From the NCBI GenBank assembly GCA_964520615.1, contig CAZFNL010000099.1:1-55038 (forward strand): a stretch of DNA of 55,038 nucleotides, given 5' to 3'. Both the position numbers and the translations under genes were made by a program. Within the stretch, counting starts at the first letter, position 1, and each line of letters starts with the position of its first letter. The notes below the pieces were generated by a model. It had not been told where the DNA came from and ran no database searches. It was given only the letters and a program-made list of their open reading frames with translations. The stretch is from an uncultured Gammaproteobacteria bacterium. GTDB lineage: Bacteria > Patescibacteriota > Microgenomatia > 2-02-FULL-39-11. Below, one piece after another: positions 45,193 through 54,573 of the stretch.

Positions 45193-47195
45193 TTATGGAG
45201 CATAAGGTACAAAGATATAGTGAAAAGTTGAGAAAGCTGGGGGTTGATCATGAGGTTTTATCTCATCCCCAGCTTATTTCAGTGGAAAAAGTACAGGAAT
45301 ATCTGGGTTATAGTATGGCGGATGCTGCCTCCACCCTTATTATGAAAGCCGGAGAAAAGTTTATTGCAGTCATGCGACGGGGAGATACAAAACTTGATAA
45401 TAATAAAGTCAAGAAATACCTGAATGTTTCAAGTTTGCGGATGGCAACTGAGGATGAATTTGTAAAAATAACCGATTCGCCTTTGGGGGCTGGCCCAGTT
45501 TATATGCCCGATATTGACCTTTATATCGATAAGAAGATTTTCGACAAAGAGTACATAAACGCCGGTTCGGGTTCTCTCCTTTATACGATAAGATACAAGA
45601 CGTCTGATCTTCCTAAAATTCCACGCAGTTTTACGGTTGATTTTACATTTGATGAGACGCTGGAAATAAAATTTACAGGTAATAAATTTCAGGAGACCGT
45701 CGATGCACTGAAGAAGTCAAAAATTTCTCAGATTCTCATCAAACATCCGCCTATAAAGACGGTAGAGGAGGGACTGGCATTTCTTAAAATAAAGCCCGAT
45801 CAGGGAGTATCTACGTTAATAGTCCGTACCAACACTGGTTATGCGGCGATATTGCGTCGGGATGATCACCAGATAGATTTAGACAAGGTCAAAAAAGTGC
45901 TTGGTGCAGACAAAATCGGACTTTGCCCGCCTTCTGAAGTGTTAAAGGTTACCGGTTGCCATGTTGGTTACGTCTCACCGTACAATCCGGGTATGCCGAT
46001 TGTAGCAGATGAAACTATAGGAGAAAAAGATTTTATTTATCTGGGTACGGGCAGTCCGGAATATGATTTGAAAATAAAGCCAGTTGATCTTTTCAACTTT
46101 GTAAAAGCCGAAACCGCCGACATTATATTAAAGGGTGCAGGCAGGATAAAATCCAGAATTTTATCGGGAATCACTCCATCGGGTGACGGTACGCTCCATA
46201 TAGGCAACTATTTGGGAGCTGTAAAACAGTTTATCGAATTTGCCAAAGCTTATGACTGTTTTCTCATGGTAGCAGATCTTCATGCTTTGACGACGATACA
46301 GGATAAAAGCATACTGGAGAGAAATATACAGAATCTGATACTAAATGAACTGGCGCTTCTGGGAGATCTGAAGAATATTGTCTTTTTCCGCCAGTCGGAT
46401 GTGCCCATGCATGCTGAGCTTACCTGGATTTTGAATAATGTTACGCCCTTGGGACTTTTGCGACGCGCCCACGCCTATAAAGACAAATTAGCCAAAGATG
46501 TGATGGAGGATGATATAAATCTCGGGCTTTTCAACTATCCGATCCTTATGGCTTCCGACATACTTCTTTATAAACCTGATTATGTGCCTGTGGGCCGCGA
46601 CCAGAAACAACATATTGAGATCTGCCGTGATATTGCCGGTAGGTTTAATAAGACTTTCAAATCCAAAGTGTTTCCGCTTCCAGAGCCTTACATACCTGAA
46701 GAAGTTGCTGTCATTATGGGAACTGATGGGAAAAGGAAAATGAGTAAGTCTTTGGGTAATATCATCAGTATTTTTGAAGATGAGAAAGTGATAAGGCGGC
46801 AGGTGATGGGAACATACACTGATCCTTCACGCATCCATCCTACTGACCCGGGACACGTGCAGGGGAATATGGTTTTTTCATACCTGAAATATTTCGCCGG
46901 CCAGATAGGAGAGTATAAAGGGAAGCAAATGGAGGAATCCTATTTAGAATTGGAAAAGGATTATAAGGAAGGTAAAGTGTCTGATGTAGCCGTAAAAGAA
47001 GAATTATTTAAGGCGCTTATGGTCGAGTTTGCCCCGGCAAGAGAAAGGTATAGGGAGTTGTCCTCCAGTCCTAAGAAGGTAAAAAAGATTCTTCAGTATG
47101 GGGCGCAGAAGGCCAGGGAAGTGGCCGGGCAGACCATGATGGATGTGAGGGAAGCTGTTGGCCTTACCAACCAGTATTCTTTTTTCAAATATTGA
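45189..47195 (+). CDS. trpS: tryptophanyl-tRNA synthetase with two N-terminal YbaK/ProX-like domains
   Basis: C-terminal ~345 aa has SGITPSG, HIGN, ADLHALT, YPILMASDIL, VG.DQ..H, KMSKS; N-terminal ~315 aa is two ~150-aa repeats with YbaK-like H.....TVEE, TG...G.VSP, G.GS motifs. Confidence 0.9.
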   Translation: MIMEHKVQRYSEKLRKLGVDHEVLSHPQLISVEKVQEYLGYSMADAASTLIMKAGEKFIAVMRRGDTKLDNNKVKKYLNVSSLRMATEDEFVKITDSPLGAGPVYMPDIDLYIDKKIFDKEYINAGSGSLLYTIRYKTSDLPKIPRSFTVDFTFDETLEIKFTGNKFQETVDALKKSKISQILIKHPPIKTVEEGLAFLKIKPDQGVSTLIVRTNTGYAAILRRDDHQIDLDKVKKVLGADKIGLCPPSEVLKVTGCHVGYVSPYNPGMPIVADETIGEKDFIYLGTGSPEYDLKIKPVDLFNFVKAETADIILKGAGRIKSRILSGITPSGDGTLHIGNYLGAVKQFIEFAKAYDCFLMVADLHALTTIQDKSILERNIQNLILNELALLGDLKNIVFFRQSDVPMHAELTWILNNVTPLGLLRRAHAYKDKLAKDVMEDDINLGLFNYPILMASDILLYKPDYVPVGRDQKQHIEICRDIAGRFNKTFKSKVFPLPEPYIPEEVAVIMGTDGKRKMSKSLGNIISIFEDEKVIRRQVMGTYTDPSRIHPTDPGHVQGNMVFSYLKYFAGQIGEYKGKQMEESYLELEKDYKEGKVSDVAVKEELFKALMVEFAPARERYRELSSSPKKVKKILQYGAQKAREVAGQTMMDVREAVGLTNQYSFFKY

Positions 47196-47266
47196 CTGAG
47201 TTTGGAAAGTTTCTTTGAAGCTTATAAGTTGTCCGGCATCCTCAATTGAAGTATAATGATTTCCTT

Positions 47267-47605
47267 ATGGTGAAAGACAAGATTTCATATGCCGATTTCC
47301 AAAAGCTTGACCTTAGGGTAGGAAAAGTTGTCAAAGCGGAAAATGTTGAAGTGTCGCAAAATCTTATCAGGGTGGAGGTGGATTTCGGCACTGATATAGG
47401 AAAAAGGAAAATATTTACGGGAATTGTCCGCTGGTATAAGCCCAGCCAGCTGAAAGGCAAAAAATTTATTTTCCTTGTCAACCTTGCTCCAAAACAGATG
47501 ATGCATGAGTTGTCTTCCGGCATGATTCTTTGTGCCGACTTCGACCAAAAAGCTGTGATTATACCTGTTCCAAAAAATATTCCAGAGGGTACCGTTGTCC
47601 GATGA
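47267..47605 (+). CDS. Trbp111/CsaA-like OB-fold tRNA-binding protein
   Basis: ISYADFQKLDLRVGKV, VNLAPK.M...SSGMIL, G..VR. Confidence 0.9.
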   Translation: MVKDKISYADFQKLDLRVGKVVKAENVEVSQNLIRVEVDFGTDIGKRKIFTGIVRWYKPSQLKGKKFIFLVNLAPKQMMHELSSGMILCADFDQKAVIIPVPKNIPEGTVVR

Positions 47606-47633
47606 ACATTAATTATTAATAATGTATATATAA

Positions 47634-49535
47634 ATGCCAAATAGCAAACAAAATTCATCTCATACTTCAGAAAATAAGAAAAATATCAAGAAAATATTTG
47701 AGTTTAAGATAAATCTCACACCTAGGAATATATTTTTATGGGTGATTATCGCCTCCATTATATTCCTAATGTTTATCTCAGCCCGGGACGTCTCAAATCT
47801 TTTTCCTCAGGAGCCAATTTCCACACTCATTTCAGATGTCAAAAAGGGAGATGTCAAAAAGATTGAGGTGGTGGATACCAAACTTTTGGCTACTTACAAA
47901 GACGGGAAAATTTATACCTCCTACAAAGAAAGTAATGACTCAATTTACAAGATTTTTAGTGACGCAGGGGTAAAGCCCGGTTCTGTTGAGGTAGATATAA
48001 AGGATACGACCAGTGGCGCCATCTGGATAAATATACTGTCCAACGTATTGCCTATTATCCTTATGGTAGGCTTTTTCCTTTTCCTTATAAAACAGGCACG
48101 GGGAGCACAGGATTCCATCTTTTCCTTCGGGCAGTCAAGAGCCAAGCTTTTCAGCAAGGATACGCCCAAGGTGACTTTTGCTGATGTAGCGGGGGTGGAT
48201 GAGGCCAAGCAGGAGTTGTCGGAAGTGGTGGATTTTCTTCGTTTCCCGCAAAAATACCGGGCATTGGGAGCAAGGACGCCCAAAGGGCTTCTTCTTGTCG
48301 GGCCAAGCGGTACCGGAAAGACACTTTTGGCTCGCGCCCTAGCCGGAGAAGCAAACGTACCCTTTTTCTCTATGGCCGGCAGCGAATTTATGGAGATGCT
48401 GGTAGGAGTCGGTGCTTCACGCGTGCGTGATTTATTTAATACAGCCAAGAAGAATGCTCCATCTATCATATTTATCGATGAAATTGACGCTATTGGAAGA
48501 ATGCGTTCCACAGGAGTGATGGGAGGGCATGATGAGAGAGAGCAGACTCTCAATCAGATTCTTGTTGAGATGGATGGATTTACTCCAAATGAGAATGTTG
48601 TTGTTATAGCAGCTACAAACCGCGGTGATCTTCTGGACCAGGCGCTTTTGCGGCCGGGCAGGTTTGATAGAAGAGTAGTGCTTGATCTGCCGGACTGGAA
48701 AGGTAGACAGGAAATACTCAGGATACACATGAAAGGTAAACCCATTGCCAAGGACGTAGATTGGGAAACAGTAGCTAAAAGAACTGTCGGATTCTCGGGA
48801 GCAGATCTTGAGAATATGCTTAATGAAGCCGCCATTCAGGCTGCGAGAAAAAATAAGAAGGAAATTGATATGTCCGATGTGGAGGAAGCAGCGACACGTG
48901 TGAAGTTGGGTCCGGAGAAGAGGAGACTGCAAAGCGATTTGGATCGGAAAATGACTGCATATCACGAGGCCGGACATGCGATTGTGACGTATGTTATGCC
49001 CCATATGGATCCGGTGCACCGCATATCCATAGTTTCCCGCGGTATGGCCCTTGGGTTTACTCTTATTCCTCCGCAAAGAGACAGGATTCATGAGACCAAG
49101 ACTCATCTTTTGGAGCAAATTGCCTCCATGCTAGGTGGAAGGGCTGCCGAAGAGCTGATTTTCAACGAAATGACGACAGGCGCTTCAAACGATATAGACA
49201 AGGCTACAAGCCTCGCGCGGGATATGGTTGTTGAGTTTGGCATGTCAAAGCTTGGTCCCATAAATTTTGGCCCTACAGTTGATGTCACTGAATGGGGCGG
49301 CAGATATCTCAACGAAACACACATTTCTCCTCAAATGCAAAGTAAAATTGACGATGAGGTAAAGTCGATAATGGATGTTGCTTATAAACAGGCTGAAGCA
49401 ATACTAAAAAAAACTAAAGATAAACTGGATATTGTAGCCGGAGATTTATTGAAGAAAGAAACTTTGGAAAAAGAAGATTTTGAGAAGATTATGAATGGGA
49501 CAAAAAAACTGGCTCTTGTATCTTCCTCAGTATAA
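47634..49535 (+). CDS. ftsH: ATP-dependent zinc metalloprotease FtsH
   Basis: Two TMs, [26 protein letters not shown]. Confidence 0.97.
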   Translation: MPNSKQNSSHTSENKKNIKKIFEFKINLTPRNIFLWVIIASIIFLMFISARDVSNLFPQEPISTLISDVKKGDVKKIEVVDTKLLATYKDGKIYTSYKESNDSIYKIFSDAGVKPGSVEVDIKDTTSGAIWINILSNVLPIILMVGFFLFLIKQARGAQDSIFSFGQSRAKLFSKDTPKVTFADVAGVDEAKQELSEVVDFLRFPQKYRALGARTPKGLLLVGPSGTGKTLLARALAGEANVPFFSMAGSEFMEMLVGVGASRVRDLFNTAKKNAPSIIFIDEIDAIGRMRSTGVMGGHDEREQTLNQILVEMDGFTPNENVVVIAATNRGDLLDQALLRPGRFDRRVVLDLPDWKGRQEILRIHMKGKPIAKDVDWETVAKRTVGFSGADLENMLNEAAIQAARKNKKEIDMSDVEEAATRVKLGPEKRRLQSDLDRKMTAYHEAGHAIVTYVMPHMDPVHRISIVSRGMALGFTLIPPQRDRIHETKTHLLEQIASMLGGRAAEELIFNEMTTGASNDIDKATSLARDMVVEFGMSKLGPINFGPTVDVTEWGGRYLNETHISPQMQSKIDDEVKSIMDVAYKQAEAILKKTKDKLDIVAGDLLKKETLEKEDFEKIMNGTKKLALVSSSV

Positions 49536-49585
49536 ATTTCCTTCCCGACTCTTTAGGCCTTTTGAACTCGCATAATTAACCGTAA

Positions 49586-50626
49586 ATGATATACAATAAG
49601 CCCATGTTTGAGACTACAAGTGATAAAGAAAATGAAGGTGCCAAGCCGGAAAGAGAAAAGCTTCTTGTAATTATTGACGGACATGCCATACTCTACCGTG
49701 CTTTCCATGCCCTGCCGCCTTTGACTACTTCAAAAGGTCAAATAGTAAATGCGGTATACGGTTTTATATCAATGCTACTTAGGGTGGTAGAGGATTTACG
49801 CCCTACCCATCTTGTGGTAGTTTTTGACCGACCGGCTCCCACTTTCCGCAAAAAAATGTTTGCCGATTACCAGATACAGAGGCCTGAAATGGATAAGAAT
49901 ATGGTGCCGCAAATAGAGCTTGTACATAAGGTACTTTCAGAAATGGGTGTGCCTATTTATGAGATGGACGGTTATGAGGCGGATGACCTTATTGGGACGA
50001 TAGTACAAAGAATAAATAACAAAGAGCAGGAAACAAAGAAGCAAAACGTAAAAAGTATTATTGTGACGGGGGATCGGGATATATTGCAGTTAGTTGATGA
50101 AAACACCAAAGTCTATATGCCACAAAAGGGATTATCCCAGGCAAATCTTTATGGGGAGCAGGAAGTCATCGAAAAGTTGGGGATTAAGCCGGAAAAGATT
50201 GTCGAATATAAAGGTTTAGTAGGGGATGCCAGCGACAATTATCCTGGAGTTGCGGGGATAGGACCGAAAACCGCAATTGATTTATTGGATAAGTATGAGA
50301 CAGTGGAAGGAATATATTCACATCTTTCTGAAATAAAAAGCCCGGCAGTAAAGGAAAAATTAGAAAAAAACAAAGATGTGGCATTCCTTTCCAAAAAACT
50401 GGCGACAATAATGACTGATGTGCCGTTTGAATTTCATGTTGAAAATAACTGCATTCCTGATTTTAACAATGCTAAAGTCCGGTGGTTGTTTGAGGAAATG
50501 GAGTTTAAGAGCTTGATAATCCGATTGGAAGGAAATAGTAGAGAACAAAGAACAAATAACAAAGAACAAGAAACAGTGAACAAAAAACAGAAAAACAATG
50601 ATGTAGACCAACAGACTCTTTTTTAG
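49586..50626 (+). CDS. stand-alone 5'-3' exonuclease (DNA polymerase I N-terminal domain)
   Basis: IIDG...YRAFHA, YEADD, TGDRD, GD.SDN.PG..GIG.KTA; no polymerase domain. Confidence 0.9.
   Translation: MIYNKPMFETTSDKENEGAKPEREKLLVIIDGHAILYRAFHALPPLTTSKGQIVNAVYGFISMLLRVVEDLRPTHLVVVFDRPAPTFRKKMFADYQIQRPEMDKNMVPQIELVHKVLSEMGVPIYEMDGYEADDLIGTIVQRINNKEQETKKQNVKSIIVTGDRDILQLVDENTKVYMPQKGLSQANLYGEQEVIEKLGIKPEKIVEYKGLVGDASDNYPGVAGIGPKTAIDLLDKYETVEGIYSHLSEIKSPAVKEKLEKNKDVAFLSKKLATIMTDVPFEFHVENNCIPDFNNAKVRWLFEEMEFKSLIIRLEGNSREQRTNNKEQETVNKKQKNNDVDQQTLF
50544..50592 (+). repeat. degenerate AACANNN x7 heptamer tract in the exonuclease C-terminal tail
   Basis: AACAAAG AACAAAT AACAAAG AACAAGA AACAGTG AACAAAA AACAGAA. 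Confidence 0.85.
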
Positions 50627-50655
50627 TTTTTTATTCTTTGTGACGTTATTTATCT

Positions 50656-51789
50656 ATGAAAATTGCTTTAGTGCATGATTATATTAAGGAGTATGGTGGT
50701 GCTGAGCGTGTGCTTGAAGCGCTGCATGAGATTTGGCCTCAAGCACCAGTTTATACCACTGTTTATCTGCCTGAATTTCTAGGTCCCCACAGAAAAAGAT
50801 TTGAAGATTGGAATATTATCCCGTCGAGATTACAAAATATCCCTTTTATACATAAATTGATAAGTCCTGTAAGATTGTTTACTACTGGTGTGTTTCAGGA
50901 TTGGGACTTTTCAGAATTTGATATAGTTTTGGTTTCAGCAACTGGTGCATATTTTCCCAATATGATAGTAACAAAATCTCCAATTTTACATATATGTTAC
51001 TGTCATACCCCACCACGCTATCTTTACGGGTATCCTACAGCACGAAACTGGCAGAAACATGCACTAGGCAGGCTGGTGGGCGGGTTTTTCAATCATTCAC
51101 TCCGTCAGACGGATTTTGTTTCTTACCAGAGTCCTGACTATATTATCGCAAATTCGATTGAAGTGAAAAAAAGGATACAAAAGTTTTATCGAAGGGATTC
51201 ATCTGTAATTTACCCGCCGGTGGAAGTCGTAAAGAACAAAGAACAAAGAACAAAGAACAAAATGGGCCAGTATTATTTGACTGGTGGGCGGCTGGCCAGA
51301 GCCAAAAGGACTGATCTGATTATTGAGGCATGCAATAGGCTGAAATTGCCGCTTAAAATTTTCGGAAGGGCTTTTGCCGATTACGGTGAAGAATTAAAAA
51401 GTATTGCCGGTCCGACCATCGAGTTTGTTGGTGAAATAGACGATCATAAATTAGTCAATTTATATCAAAATGCTCGCGCCCTTTTGTATGCCTCTGAATA
51501 TGAAGATTTTGGCATAGTACCGGTTGAAGCTCAAGGTTTTGGAGTGCCTGTAATAGGTTTGGGACAAGGTGGCGTGAAAGAAACGGTGTCTGATGGTAGG
51601 ACCGGTATTTTATTTGACGAGCCGACTGTTGAAGGCCTCATAAAGGCCATAAAAAGGTTTCAGATGTCAAATATAAGACATCAGGATTGCATCGCCAACG
51701 CCAAAAAATATAATAAAGAAAGATTCAAAAAGGAAATAAAGAGATTGGTTGAAAAAATGTTCAAAGAACAAAAAATAAAGAACAAATAA
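50656..51789 (+). CDS. GT4-family glycosyltransferase
   Basis: KIALVHDY..GGAERV, CHTPPR, EDFGIVPVEA. Confidence 0.92.
   Translation: MKIALVHDYIKEYGGAERVLEALHEIWPQAPVYTTVYLPEFLGPHRKRFEDWNIIPSRLQNIPFIHKLISPVRLFTTGVFQDWDFSEFDIVLVSATGAYFPNMIVTKSPILHICYCHTPPRYLYGYPTARNWQKHALGRLVGGFFNHSLRQTDFVSYQSPDYIIANSIEVKKRIQKFYRRDSSVIYPPVEVVKNKEQRTKNKMGQYYLTGGRLARAKRTDLIIEACNRLKLPLKIFGRAFADYGEELKSIAGPTIEFVGEIDDHKLVNLYQNARALLYASEYEDFGIVPVEAQGFGVPVIGLGQGGVKETVSDGRTGILFDEPTVEGLIKAIKRFQMSNIRHQDCIANAKKYNKERFKKEIKRLVEKMFKEQKIKNK
51231..51258 (+). repeat. (AAAGAAC)x4 inside the GT4 gene
   Basis: Read directly from the sequence. Confidence 0.9.
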
Positions 51790-51851
51790 CAAAAGGAAAT
51801 ATACAGTTATAAAAATTTGCTTACTGTTGTCTATTCTTTGTTTTTTGCTAT

Positions 51852-52721
51852 ATGCCCGAACTACCAGAGGTTGAAACCATCCGATTACAACTAAACTCTA
51901 TTCTTTCCGGATTAATTGTTAAAGATGTCCAAGTCCTTCAACCAAAATCTTTCATTGGTAGTAAGGAAGATATAACTGGCGAAAAGATAACGGGACTTAG
52001 AAGGTTTGCAAAAATATTGGTATTAGACTTTAAAAACGGATTATCGCTGGCAATTCACCTGAAAATGTCAGGACAATTAGTGTATAGAGGAAAAAAACAG
52101 CCGAAGAACCTCAATATTTCTGATCCGCTTCTTCAATTACTTCCCAACAGGCATACAAGAGTGATTATCGGCTTTTCAAACGGAGACAGGCTCTTTTTTA
52201 ATGATTTGAGAATATTTGGATGGATGAGAATTGTGAAAACTCAAAACCTGGCAGGTAATTATCTATATTTGGAGGATATGATTAAAAATCTGGGGCCGGA
52301 ACCGTTTAGGGATCTGACAGAAGAAATGTTCAGAAAGATATTAAAATCTTCAAATAAACCTGTTAAAGTTGTCCTGATGGATCAGGAGAAGATATCTGGG
52401 GTGGGGAATATATATGCAAATGACTCATTATTTCTTTCGGGGATTCACCCAAAAGAAAGAGCAAATAAACTATCAGGCAATCAGGCTATTAAGCTATATA
52501 ATAATTTGCTAAAAGTGCTTAGGGATGGGATAAAGTGGGGGGGAGCTTCAAGAAATAATTTCCGTGACGCCTTCGGGGAGATGGGTAAAGTGCAGGAGCA
52601 TTTTTATGTCTATTCCCGCGAAAAGGAAAAATGTATCAGATGCGGAGAAATTATAAAGAAAATTAAACTTGGCGGAAGAGGGACCTTTTTTTGTCCAGTT
52701 TGTCAGCCTCAAGGGGAGTAA
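51852..52721 (+). CDS. mutM: formamidopyrimidine-DNA glycosylase
   Basis: MPELPEVE, HLKMSG, GVGNIYA, C-terminal Zn finger C..C...R.TFFCP.CQ. Confidence 0.97.
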   Translation: MPELPEVETIRLQLNSILSGLIVKDVQVLQPKSFIGSKEDITGEKITGLRRFAKILVLDFKNGLSLAIHLKMSGQLVYRGKKQPKNLNISDPLLQLLPNRHTRVIIGFSNGDRLFFNDLRIFGWMRIVKTQNLAGNYLYLEDMIKNLGPEPFRDLTEEMFRKILKSSNKPVKVVLMDQEKISGVGNIYANDSLFLSGIHPKERANKLSGNQAIKLYNNLLKVLRDGIKWGGASRNNFRDAFGEMGKVQEHFYVYSREKEKCIRCGEIIKKIKLGGRGTFFCPVCQPQGE

Positions 52722-52754
52722 TTATCAGTATTTTTTGTTATAATACGCACTCAG

Positions 52755-53450
52755 ATGGATAAATCAAAGCCGATTATAATTTCTTTGGGCGGGTCACTGG
52801 TTGTTCCCAACGGGGGGATTGATGCCGCTTACCTTTCAGGGTTCAATAAATTTATCAGGGAAAAAGTCGCCGGGGGATGGCGATTCTTTATTGTTGTAGG
52901 CGGCGGGACACTGGCGCGGCAATTTATAGAAGCCGGCAAAAAAGTGGTGGGTGAGCTGACAGATTGGGATCTGGATTGGTTGGGAATTCACGCGACTCAC
53001 CTGAATGCTCATCTTATAAGGACAATTTTTCGTGATATCGCCCACCCCAGGATAGTGGAGAATTATAAGAAGAAAATAGTCAACCTGAAACAGCCGCTGG
53101 TTGTTGCCGCAGGTTGGGAACCGGGTTGTTCCACCGATTATGATGCCGTAGTCTTGGCCCGTGATTATGGGGCAAACACCGTTGTCAACATGTCAAACAT
53201 CACCGCAGTATATGATAAAGACCCCAAAAAATTTCCGGATGCAAAGTCTCTGAACAGTTTGAAATGGAGCCAGTTTGGAAGAATTGTGGGTGACAGTTGG
53301 AAACCCGGCAGCAACTATCCTTTTGATCCTATGGCTACAAAGCTGGCAAGTGAATTGAAATTAACTGTTTACGTTGTGGGTAAGGATATTGAGAATTTGG
53401 GCAAAATTCTTGATGGTAAACAATTTTCAGGCACCACGATAGCCCCTTAA
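52755..53450 (+). CDS. pyrH: UMP kinase (archaeal-like type)
   Basis: ISLGGS, VGGG..AR, D.LGI.AT.LNA, GW.PG.STD, VYDKDP, FDP.A. Confidence 0.9.
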   Translation: MDKSKPIIISLGGSLVVPNGGIDAAYLSGFNKFIREKVAGGWRFFIVVGGGTLARQFIEAGKKVVGELTDWDLDWLGIHATHLNAHLIRTIFRDIAHPRIVENYKKKIVNLKQPLVVAAGWEPGCSTDYDAVVLARDYGANTVVNMSNITAVYDKDPKKFPDAKSLNSLKWSQFGRIVGDSWKPGSNYPFDPMATKLASELKLTVYVVGKDIENLGKILDGKQFSGTTIAP

Positions 53451-53456
53451 AACTCC

Positions 53457-54554
53457 ATGATCATAAAAAAAGTTGAACTTGCAAACTTCAGGCAATACAG
53501 TAAAAAATCCATATCTTTTTTACCGTCAGGCACAGTTGTTCTGGGTGAAAATGCAGCTGGCAAAACCAATCTTCTCGAAGCAGTCTTTTTTTTGGCAACC
53601 GGAGGCAGTTTTAAGGCTGATCAGGACAAAGAAACAATCTCGTTTGGAAGTGAGGTTGGGAGAATAAAAGGAGATGTGAAGGCTAAATCGGATGAAAAGA
53701 TAATATTGGAAGTGGTACTGTCACAGGGAATTGTGATGGGAGAGCCCTCTCCAATAAAAAGGTATCTTGTAAACGGTGTAGCCAAAAGAGCGGTGGATTT
53801 TGCTGGAAGACTGATAGTTGTCCTTTTCTGGCCGCAGGACCTGGAATTAGTGACTGATTCTCCGGGAAAAAGAAGAAGGTATTTGGACTTTGTCCTGATG
53901 CAGACGGACCATGAGTACAGGAGGACGCTGAGGTCATATGAGAAAGGTGTACGGCAAAGAAATAAGGTTCTTGAAACGATAAGAGATAGGGGAGCAGATA
54001 GAAAGCAGCTTTTATTTTGGGACCAGCTTCTTATAAAAAGCGGAACATATATCACGCAAAAAAGACAGGAATATATAAATTTCATTAACAGTCATATTGA
54101 ATCCGATAGCCTTGAGAGTGCAATCCCGGTTTATAATCTCTTTTATGACAAAAGTACGATTTCAGAAATGCGGTTAGATCAGTATTCTGAGGAGGAAGTT
54201 GCTGCTGCAGTGACGTTGGTGGGGCCGCATAGGGATGACATTGAATTTAGAATTAAGAATTATGAATTAAGAATGAAGAATGAAGAATACAGAAATCTAT
54301 CATCATTTGGCAGCCGGGGGGAGCAGAGGCTTGCTATACTCTGGCTGAAGCTGCGAGAGCTTGCTTATATTGAAAAGACTGCCGGTGAAAAGCCCGTTCT
54401 TCTGCTTGATGACATTTTTTCCGAGCTTGACGAAAAACACAGAAAGCTTATTTCAACCGTTACTACTCACCAACAGACGATCATAACAACAACTGATCTT
54501 CATCACCTGGAAAAAGAAAGACTTAAGGATATTGAGGTTGTCAGATTACCATAG
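53457..54554 (+). CDS. recF: DNA replication/repair protein RecF
   Basis: NFRQY, GENAAGKTN, GPHRDD, GSRGEQR, LLLDDIFSELD. Confidence 0.95.
   Translation: MIIKKVELANFRQYSKKSISFLPSGTVVLGENAAGKTNLLEAVFFLATGGSFKADQDKETISFGSEVGRIKGDVKAKSDEKIILEVVLSQGIVMGEPSPIKRYLVNGVAKRAVDFAGRLIVVLFWPQDLELVTDSPGKRRRYLDFVLMQTDHEYRRTLRSYEKGVRQRNKVLETIRDRGADRKQLLFWDQLLIKSGTYITQKRQEYINFINSHIESDSLESAIPVYNLFYDKSTISEMRLDQYSEEEVAAAVTLVGPHRDDIEFRIKNYELRMKNEEYRNLSSFGSRGEQRLAILWLKLRELAYIEKTAGEKPVLLLDDIFSELDEKHRKLISTVTTHQQTIITTTDLHHLEKERLKDIEVVRLP
54243..54291 (+). repeat. degenerate GAATNNN x7 heptamer tract inside recF
   Basis: GAATTTA GAATTAA GAATTAT GAATTAA GAATGAA GAATGAA GAATACA. Confidence 0.85.
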
Positions 54555-54573
54555 TATTATTGTGTTTGCCGAT

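Noticed and set aside
47945-49324. Long antisense ORFs (202 and 228 aa) in ftsH and similar shadow ORFs elsewhere
   Set aside because: Opposite-strand shadows of well-conserved genes
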